A DNA stretch of 63,322 bases, filler included, from Reclinomonas americana ATCC 50394 (lineage: Eukaryota), in the NCBI GenBank assembly GCA_048213135.1. It is 18 parts of 18 records of this genome, joined end to end, with 100 filler letters (N's around TTAATTAATTAA, not from the genome) between each part and the next. Parts side by side here need not be neighbours in the genome. Positions count along the whole stretch, not along the records: positions 46,111 to 47,370 come from AFZH01021857.1; positions 47,471 to 56,272 come from AFZH01021858.1; 16 more parts are not named here. One strand, given 5' to 3'. Under the pieces are notes generated by a model. The model worked only from the letters and a program-made list of their open reading frames with translations, was not told the origin of the DNA and searched no databases. The first letter of the stretch is position 1. The number at the start of each line of letters is the position of its first letter. This document shows positions 47,201-55,427 of this stretch, in pieces. Both the position numbers and the translations under genes were made by a program.

Positions 47201-47694
47201 ATGCTGGGAACACTCGCGCGTCGCCTTCCCACTCGCTCACCACTGCTTCTCACGGTGACGCAGACAACGAAGAACGCACTCTCGTTGTGTGTGTGTGTGT
47301 GTGTGCACTCACTTTTCTTGACGCAGCAGCATCGCACCTTTACCGAGCTGCGTGTCGTCAGCACCAAAGANNNNNNNNNNNNNNNNNNNNNNNNNNNNNN
47401 NNNNNNNNNNNNNNTTAATTAATTAANNNNNNNNNNNNNNNNNNNNNNNNNNNNNNNNNNNNNNNNNNNNGCTTGCATGCAGTGCTGTTCTCGCTGGTTC
47501 TCCTCTCCCTACTTTCTCTCTCTCTCTCTCTCTGTCTGTATGTCTGTCGCTCTGTGTATGTGCCTTTGCATGTCGAGCGTGTTGGTCTTCTGCTTCTCTT
47601 TTCCGCAAGTCTCATTTGGGCTCGCGTCTATTCTCCGATTCTCTCAGGAGACCACACGACGAAGCAAGTGCACGCTTGTTATTCTCGTGTGGTT

Positions 47695-47725
<31 letters not shown>

Positions 47726-49253
47726 GCCGTTGCGTGTCAAGCTTCTTGGTCTTCTGCTTCTCTTGTCCGCACATCTCACTTCGTCCTGGTGCATGGAGAG
47801 CTTGTGGGTCGTTGGGCTCGCGTCTATTCTCCGATTCTCTCAGGAGACCACACGACGAAGCAAGTGCACGCTTGTTATTCTCGTGTGGTTCTCTTCTCTC
47901 TCTCTCTCTCTCTCTCTGCCTTTGCATGTCGAGCGTGTTGGTCTTCTGCTTCTCTTTTCCGCAAGTCTCATTTGGGCTCGCGTCTATTCTCCGATTCTCT
48001 CAGGAGACCACACGACGAAGCAAGTGCACGCTTGTTATACTCGTGTGGTTCTCTTCTCTCTCTCTCTCTCTTTGCCTTTGCATGTCGAGCTTGTTGGTCT
48101 TCTGCTTCTCTTGTCCGCACATCTCACATCGTCCTGTTGCATGGAGAACTTGTGGGTATTTGGGCTCGCGTCTATTCTCCGATTCTCTCAGCAGACCACG
48201 TCGAAACACGTTCATACTTGTTGTTCTCGCTTGGTTCTCTTCTCTCTCTCTTTTCTCTCTCTGTGGCATTGCATGTCGAGCTTGTTGTTCTTCTCTCTCG
48301 TCTTGCTTCTCTGTTTCTCTCAGCTATGTCTCACATCGTCTGGTGCTTGTTAGTCTCGCGGGGTTGTCATCTCCATTCTCTGTCTCTCTATTCCTCTCAC
48401 CGTGCCTTTTCTTGTCTTGTTTTTGTTGTCTTCTGGCTTGCTTCTTTTTTCTCCGCAAGTCTCACGTCGTTCTGGTGCATGCTTGTCTTGTTGTTCTCCC
48501 GGGTTCTCTCTCTCTCCGCGCCTCTGCATGTCGAGCTTGTTGTTTATCTCGCTCGCCTTGCATCTCCTTTTCTCATTCAGCAAGTCTCACATTGTGTTAG
48601 TGCAAGAAGAATTTGTTGGTCTTGCATCTTCATTCTCTCTCTCTCTCGGTGCCTTTGCATGGCGAGCTCGTGTGTCTTCGCTTGCTTGTTCTCCTGTCTG
48701 CAAATCTCGCTTCGTCCTGGTTCGCGAAAAGCATTTTGCTCTCGTGGGGTTCTCTCTTCCGTTCTCTCCCTCTTGCTCCCCGTGTCTCTGCGTGTCGAGC
48801 TTGTTCATCTTCTGGCGTGCTTTTCTTCTTCGTTCTCTCCCGTCTCTCTCTCTCTCCGTGCCTTTGCATGCCGAGCTTATTGATCCTCTGCTTGCTTCTT
48901 CTCCTTTTTCCTCACACCGAGCCGCAATCTGCCCCCGTGCATATCGAGCCTCTGCTCTTGCAAGGTCGTTCTTCTGACTTGTTTCTCTTCTCCCCTTCTC
49001 GCTGCAAGTCTGTCGTCATTTGGGCTTGCAATTCTTCGTCTCCGTCCACCATCGCTGTGGCACACCTTTCCCTCTCTCTTCTCATCGCCCCATCCCCCAC
49101 CTTGCCCTCATCCCTCTCCCCCTTTCCTTTTTCGCCCAGGTGTACGCCTCATTCTTCGGCGAGCACCGCCCCGCTCGCTCCACGTTTGCCGTTCGCGAGC
49201 TGCCCAAGGGCGCCCTGGTGGAGATTGAGGCGATTGCCATTCTGAAAAAGTAA
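47201..49253 (+). CDS. RIDA: RidA/YjgF/UK114 enamine deaminase, probably mitochondrial (middle exons in gap)
   Basis: Last exon 49140-49253 encodes [33 protein letters not shown]. The putative 5' exons give a presequence-like [18 protein letters not shown] and LRVVSTK. Confidence 0.85.
47560..48250 (+). repeat. Intronic tandem repeat (approx. 160-200 bp) in RidA gene
   Basis: TTGGGCTCGCGTCTATTCTCCGATTCTCTCAG occurs four times, three followed by GAGACCACACGACGAAGCAAGTGCACG. Confidence 0.85.
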
Positions 49254-49334
49254 GTCTCCCTCCCTCCTCTCTCTCTCCCTCCCTCCCTCTGCTTTCAGTG
49301 AGGAGAGTATATTTTGCCTTCCCCCGTGTATTGT

Positions 49335-50539
49335 TTACGCCATCATCGCCACAATGCCGACAACAGCAACCACCACAGCCGCCATGGTGCCGACGCTCTG
49401 CCTGCGAATTCGCGCGGTGGCGTAGAGGCGAGCTTCCAAGCGGCGAACGAGCGGGTGCTTGCGGCCGTACTTTTTGCGGTAGTACGCCACGACGTGCTTG
49501 CCTTGCATGTGCGCTGCATTGTTCATGCCGCGCGTGCCAAGAATCAAGCACAGCGAGAGACGCGCGTCAATAGTGGCCTCGTGATCGGGGCCAAACGTGG
49601 CTAGCGCCTCCGCCAGCACCACCTGCTGCGACTTCTCGGCATCCACCACGTCGTCCAGCGCCAGCAGCACCTCGTTCTCCTTCGAGCGCATCCAGAACGT
49701 CGCCGGGTGCTTGGCTCCCAGCACCGCCGTCGCCTCGCCGACCAACCTTCCGATTTCCTGCCGCACTTGTGGGTGCCTGTTCGGATCCGCACGCGCCAGA
49801 GTCGCGCACGCATCACCACGCGCCCGCATAGTGTCTGGATGCGTGGCTCCCAGCAGCTGCTGCCGCTCGCTCGCCACCTGCGCCCACTCCTTGTGTGCGT
49901 CGCTAGCGTTGTCCACTGCCGACAGCAGAGTGGCGAGCTTCTCGCGCAACGCGACACGCTCCAGTGGTGACAGTGCCGTCTCAGCGACGACCGAGTACGC
50001 GTCGTCCACCACACGACGCGCCATCTTCTCCGCCCCCGCCACGTGCCCAAGGTCCAGTAGCACATGCGACAGCGCCGATCTCGAGTTGACGAGGACGCTG
50101 GCGGCACGGGCAAGGCCGTGCACGCGCTCGGCATCGTCAACGACACTCTCCAGTACGCGCTTGGCTTCGGGGAAGGCGCTGGATGCGCCGAGTGCTTCGC
50201 CGACCGCGAGGCGAGCTTGCAGAGTGTCGAGATGAGTTTTTCCGTGCACCTGCTCCATGGCCGCCAAAGTGGCTTTGCATTTGGTGACGAGCTGAGTGGA
50301 TGAGGGGGGGAAAGGGAGGAAGGGGAAAGGGAGTGAGGGAGTGAGGAGTGAGGGAGAGAGAGAGGGGAGAGCGACAGAGTGAGAAAGGGTCAGAATCGCC
50401 ATGCATTGCAGTGTCTCTGATCGCTGCACCTCACCTCCTCTTGTGGAGACTTTGAGAAGAATGAACGCACTGTGTGTGGGCGAGCGATACCGATCGCGGG
50501 CACTCCTCGTGCGACGAAGCAGCGCACAGCGCTCAGCAT
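49335..50539 (-). CDS. TPR-repeat protein (kinesin-light-chain-like repeats) with presequence-like N-terminus and C-terminal hydrophobic helix
   Basis: Exons 50539-50435 and 50291-49335 join in phase 0. Repeats HGKTHLDTL, LGATHPDTM, LGAKHPATF, FGPDHEATI, YGRKHPLV; ends TMAAVVVAVVGIVAMMA*. Confidence 0.8.
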
Positions 50540-50939
50540 CGGGGTGGGGGACGGATGTTTCGTTCCGTCCTCCGTGTCCCCCGACGCGGCAGCGTCACAC
50601 GTGTTGGCTGGCAGCATGGCAACTTGGGCGTTCACCGCATGACGCTGGCTGAATGTATTCTTGAATTGTGCTCTGACACACAATCCAAACATGAATGGTG
50701 CGTGACCCTTGACGTCGTTGCAACGTTGTCATAACACAAGTGCACTCTTGCTGGCAGCTGAATGGACGGAAATGCAGTCCAACATGCATACAAAGTTGGT
50801 GGGAGCAACAATGCGCCGCGTGCAACGATGACGTCGCCATTTCATTCGTTCAGAAGCTGCAAACATGAGAAGCGGAAAGAAAGGGGGAGAAAAGCACATC
50901 TTGCAGAGGCTTTCGCCCCATCCTTCCGTCGCCACCGCC

Positions 50940-52058
50940 TCACAGATGCATCTCGGGGTCAACGGATGAACGATGCACCACGACCTCCGCCTCCTCGACA
51001 ATGAAGCACCGCAGCACCATCTCCGGCAAGCACCGAGAATCCGGCTCTTCCTCCTCCTCCTCCTCCTCCTCCTCCTCCTGCTGCTGCTGTTGTTGTTGCA
51101 TCTCCTGCACTGTCTGCATTGCCGAGCGCGCTGCGCGGAGCTCCAGCTGCGCGAGGCCGCATGGAGTGGACCACACTCGTACCGTGCAGTCGGCATATCC
51201 ACTCACGATGTGTTGACCATTGGGAGTGACAGCGACAGAGTGCACTGCATAAGCGTGTCCTTCCAGCCGTTGCAACTCTTCTCCATTCGCCAGTGACCAC
51301 ACTCGCACTGTGCCGTCGCAGCCCCCACTGACGATGTGCTGGCCGTTGGGAGAGACAGCGACGGAGTCCACTGACTTGGCATGTCCCTCCAGGCTTCGCA
51401 CTTCCTCGCCACTGGCAAGCGACCACATACGCACAGTCTTATCCTCACTCCCGCTCACAACGTGCTGGCCGTCAGGAGTGACGGCGACAGCGTTCACTGA
51501 GCAGGTGTGTCCCACTAGCCGTTGAACTTCCTCGCCGCTCGCCAGTGACCACACTCGCACAGCCTTATCCCAACTGCCGCTGACGATATGCAAACCGTCG
51601 GGAGTGACGGCGACAGAGTTCACTGACTTGGTATGTCCCTCCAACCGTCGCACCTCCTCGCCACTAGCAAGTGACCATACTCGCACCGTCTTATCCTCAT
51701 TCCCGCTCACCACATGCTGACCGTCGGGAGTGACGGCAACAGAGATCACCACGCCAGTGCGCCTCTCGAGCCGTCGCACCTCCTTGCCACTCGCCAATGA
51801 CCACACTCGCACTTTTCTATCAAAGTTCCCAGTCACCACATGCTGACCGTCGGGAGTGACGGCGACACAATTCACTTCTCCAGTGTCTTCTCCAAACCGT
51901 CGCTCTTCTTCACCACTCGCCAGTGACCAAATTCGCACAGTGCAGTCACCTCCAGTCACCACATGCTGACAATCGGGAGTGACTGCGACAGACACCAAAA
52001 ATGTGTGGCCCTCCAACACATGCTGGCAGTGGAAGACAGGGCGAGGAGACGTTGACAT
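50940..52058 (-). CDS. Intronless 7-repeat WD40 protein, copy 4
   Basis: 372-aa ORF with the same architecture and a long poly-Q/E linker in the tail. Confidence 0.95.
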   Translation of the reverse strand: MSTSPRPVFHCQHVLEGHTFLVSVAVTPDCQHVVTGGDCTVRIWSLASGEEERRFGEDTGEVNCVAVTPDGQHVVTGNFDRKVRVWSLASGKEVRRLERRTGVVISVAVTPDGQHVVSGNEDKTVRVWSLASGEEVRRLEGHTKSVNSVAVTPDGLHIVSGSWDKAVRVWSLASGEEVQRLVGHTCSVNAVAVTPDGQHVVSGSEDKTVRMWSLASGEEVRSLEGHAKSVDSVAVSPNGQHIVSGGCDGTVRVWSLANGEELQRLEGHAYAVHSVAVTPNGQHIVSGYADCTVRVWSTPCGLAQLELRAARSAMQTVQEMQQQQQQQEEEEEEEEEEEPDSRCLPEMVLRCFIVEEAEVVVHRSSVDPEMHL

Positions 52059-52408
52059 GGATCACGAGAGAGAGAGAGGCGGGGGGGGGGGGGGAAGGAG
52101 AGGGAGAGGAGGGAGAGAGAGAGACACAGAGATGTTGTGCGTGCGTGAGAAGAAGGTCGTTCGGTGCGTCAATGTCCTTCTCCTTCTCTCGACGTCGTTG
52201 GCAACCAAGTGCACTCTTGCTGGCAGCTGAATGGACGGAAATGCAGTCCAACATGCATACAAAGTTGGTGGGAGCAACAATGCGCCGCGTGCAACGATGA
52301 CGTCGCCATTTCATTCGTTCAGGAGCTGCAAACATGAGAAGCGGAAAGAAAAGGGGGAGAAAAGCACATCTAACAGAGGCTTTCGCCCCATCCTCCCATG
52401 GCCGTGCC

Positions 52409-53506
52409 TCACAGATGCATCTCGGGATCGGCAAACGATCGATGCACCACGACCTCCGCCTCCTCGACAATGAAACATCGCAGCACCATCTCCGGCAGAC
52501 ACCGAGAGTCCGGCTCTTCCTCTTCCTCCAGTCGCTGCATCTCCCGCACAGCCAGCATGGCCGATCGCGCGATGAAGAGTTCCTGCTGGGCGAGGACGCA
52601 CGGAGTGCACCACACTCGCATTGTCAAGTCATCGCTCCCGCTCACGACGTGTTGCCCGTTGGGAGAGACAGCGACAGACCGGACCTCTCCAGTGTGTCCC
52701 TCCAACCGTTGCACTTCCTCGCCACTCGCCAGCGACCACACTCGCACGGTCTTGTCGCGACCGCCACTGACGATATGCTGCCCGTCGGGAGTGACCGCGA
52801 CGGATCGTACATGGTCGGTGTGCCCCTCCATTCGCAGCACTTCTTCTCCACTTGCCAGTGACCACACTCGCACAGTCATGTCAGCGCTCCCGCTCACAAC
52901 GTGCTGGCCGCCAGGAGTGAAGGCAACAGAGTCCACCGCCCAAGTGTGCCCCTCCAACTGCCGCACTTCCTCCCAACTCACCAGTGACCACACTCGCACT
53001 GTCGCGTCCATACCAAACGCACTCACTGCGTGCTGACCGTCGGGAGTGACAGCCATAGAGCGCACGCCACCAGCGTGTCCCTTCAACCGTTGCATCTCTT
53101 TCCCACTCGCCAGTGACCACATTCGCACTGTGCTGTCCATACTCCCACTCACGATGTGCTGACCATCAGCGGTGACGGCGACAGACCACACCCATCGTGT
53201 GTGTCCCTCCATCCGTCGCACCTCCTCTCCAGTCGCCAACGACCACACACGCACAGTCTTGTCGAGACTGCCGCTCACCAGATGCTGCCCATCCGGCGTG
53301 ATGGCGACAGAGTACACCTCAGCGGTGTGTCCCTCCAACCGTCGCACCTCCTCGCCACTCGCCAGTGACCACACTCGGATGGACGCGTCGAGACTGCCGC
53401 TCACCACATGCTGCCCGTCGGGAGTGACAACAACACATGCCACCCAGTCGGTATGGCCCTTCAAGACATGCTGGCAGTGGAAGACTGGACGATGAGCAGA
53501 CGACAT
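52409..53506 (-). CDS. Intronless 7-repeat WD40 protein, copy 5
   Basis: 365-aa ORF with the same architecture. Confidence 0.95.
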   Translation of the reverse strand: MSSAHRPVFHCQHVLKGHTDWVACVVVTPDGQHVVSGSLDASIRVWSLASGEEVRRLEGHTAEVYSVAITPDGQHLVSGSLDKTVRVWSLATGEEVRRMEGHTRWVWSVAVTADGQHIVSGSMDSTVRMWSLASGKEMQRLKGHAGGVRSMAVTPDGQHAVSAFGMDATVRVWSLVSWEEVRQLEGHTWAVDSVAFTPGGQHVVSGSADMTVRVWSLASGEEVLRMEGHTDHVRSVAVTPDGQHIVSGGRDKTVRVWSLASGEEVQRLEGHTGEVRSVAVSPNGQHVVSGSDDLTMRVWCTPCVLAQQELFIARSAMLAVREMQRLEEEEEPDSRCLPEMVLRCFIVEEAEVVVHRSFADPEMHL

Positions 53507-53515
53507 GAATCTCGA

Positions 53516-53553
<38 letters not shown>

Positions 53554-53878
53554 CGGAGGGTGTGTGAGATGCAGTGCGAGTGTGAGGCGACGCCGATTAA
53601 AGAAATGTCCTTCCTGTCTCTAATGTGACTTCCGACGTCGTCTCCGTCGCACACTTGATGGTCGATGTATAAACGGGAAAGGGTAGTAGTTAAACATGCA
53701 TACAAATAATGCAGCGGCGCTCGGGCGCGCAACGTTGCTTCGACGTCGAGAAACTCATATGCATTTCATTCTTTCAGGAAAGACAGCCGCAGCAGCAAGA
53801 GGGAAAAGGCACACGAAACAAGAGGCAGACACTCACTCCAGCCTTCCATGGCAACTCGGTCACAGATGCATATCAGGG

Positions 53879-54970
53879 TCAGCGTAAAATCGTGTGCACC
53901 ACGACGGCTGCCTCCTCGACAATGAAGCAGCGCAGCACCATCTCCGGCAGACATCGGGAGTCCGGCTCTTCCTCCTCTTCCTGCTGCTGCTGCTGCTGCT
54001 GCATCTCCCTCACTGCCTGCATCGCCGAGCGCGCTGTACGGAGCTCCTGCTGAGCGAGGCCGCACGGAGTGGACCACACTCGGATTGTCAAGTCATCGCT
54101 CCCGCTCACGATGTGTTGCCCATCGGGTGAGACAGCGACGGCTAACACCCATTGAGTGTGACCCTCCAACCGTTGCACCTCTTCTCCGCTCGCCAGCGAC
54201 CACACTCGCACAATCGAGTCTTCGCTGCCGCCCACCACATGTTGACCGTCGGGAGTGATGGCGACCGACACAGCCCCCTCGGCGCAGCCCTTCAGCTGTC
54301 GACGTCGCACTTTTTCACCACTCATCAGTGACCACACACTCACTGCACTGTTGCAGCCACTCACAATGCTCTGGCCATCGGGAGTGACGGCGACTGAGTG
54401 CACCAGTTCGGCGCGCGCCTCCAGTCGTCGAACCTCGTTGCCACTTGCCAGTGACCACACCCGCACAGTCTTGTCGAGACTTCCGCTCACTACGTGCTGA
54501 CCGTCGGAAGTGACAGCCACAGAGCGCACGCCACCAGCGTGTCCCTCCAGCCGTCGCACCTCCTCTCCACTCGCCAGTGACCACACCCGCACAGTCTTGT
54601 CCTCACTGCCACTCACTACGTGCTGACCATCGGGAGAGACAGCGACAGACCACACCCAACGTGCGTGTCCCTCCAGCCGTCGCACCTCCTCTCCACTCGC
54701 CAGCGACCACAGCCGTACAGTCTTGTCGAGACTTCCGCTCACCACATGCTGCCCGTCGGGAGTGATGGCGACAGAGTACACCTCAGCAGTGTGTCCCTCC
54801 AATCGTCGCACTTCCTCGCCACTCGCCAGTGACCACACTCGGATGGACGCGTCGCCGCTGCCACTCACCACATGCCGACCGTCGGGAGTGACCTCGACAC
54901 TTGCCACCCAGTCGCTGTGGCCCTTCAAGACATGCTGGCAGTGGAAGATAGGGCGACGAGTCGTTGACAT
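53879..54970 (-). CDS. Intronless 7-repeat WD40 protein, copy 6 (terminal frameshift)
   Basis: Start MSTTRRPIFHCQHVLKGH at 54970 by homology with the other copies. Ends VVVHTILR* because of a 1-nt insertion; the family-equivalent stop is at 53860-53862. Confidence 0.92.
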   Translation of the reverse strand: MSTTRRPIFHCQHVLKGHSDWVASVEVTPDGRHVVSGSGDASIRVWSLASGEEVRRLEGHTAEVYSVAITPDGQHVVSGSLDKTVRLWSLASGEEVRRLEGHARWVWSVAVSPDGQHVVSGSEDKTVRVWSLASGEEVRRLEGHAGGVRSVAVTSDGQHVVSGSLDKTVRVWSLASGNEVRRLEARAELVHSVAVTPDGQSIVSGCNSAVSVWSLMSGEKVRRRQLKGCAEGAVSVAITPDGQHVVGGSEDSIVRVWSLASGEEVQRLEGHTQWVLAVAVSPDGQHIVSGSDDLTIRVWSTPCGLAQQELRTARSAMQAVREMQQQQQQQEEEEEPDSRCLPEMVLRCFIVEEAAVVVHTILR

Positions 54971-55427
54971 GATTGGTAAGAGAAGGGGGGTGAAAGGGTG
55001 GAAGGGTGGGGAAGGGAGAGGGAGAGGAGGGGGAGAAGGGGGAGAGAGGGTGCGAGACTGCAGAGAGATAGAGAACGACTGCGGAGAGAGAAGCCCGGGA
55101 GAAGGGGGAGAGAAGGTGCAAGACTGCAAAGAGAGAGAGAGAATGCAGAGGGAGACTGCGTACAGAGACTGCAGCGGGAGACTGCAGAGAAAAGAGCGCG
55201 ATACAATACAAATGCGAAAATTGAGTTCTCGACGTTGGTCGACGTTAAACGCCACGCAGGCAGCAACTATCAAGCCACTATCAAGCGCATACGTCTCTGC
55301 TATCGATGAATGGAGCTGAAGGTGCGTCCTGTCACGCGCTAATTTTCCGACAGTTTCTAGCGGGGGTCCCTCACAGAAACGCTTTTTGTTTGTTTCCGGC
55401 ACTTTCTTGTACGAGCAGATAGCAAGC

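Noticed and set aside
47473..48883. 375-468 aa Leu/Ser/Cys-rich ORFs
   Set aside because: They are translations of CT-rich intronic repeats inside the RidA gene; the same applies to the ER/LS/PF-rich ORFs throughout.
41402..54970. Diversity-generating retroelement explaining WD40 variation
   Set aside because: No reverse transcriptase or invariant template repeat in the window, and differences are not confined to adenines.
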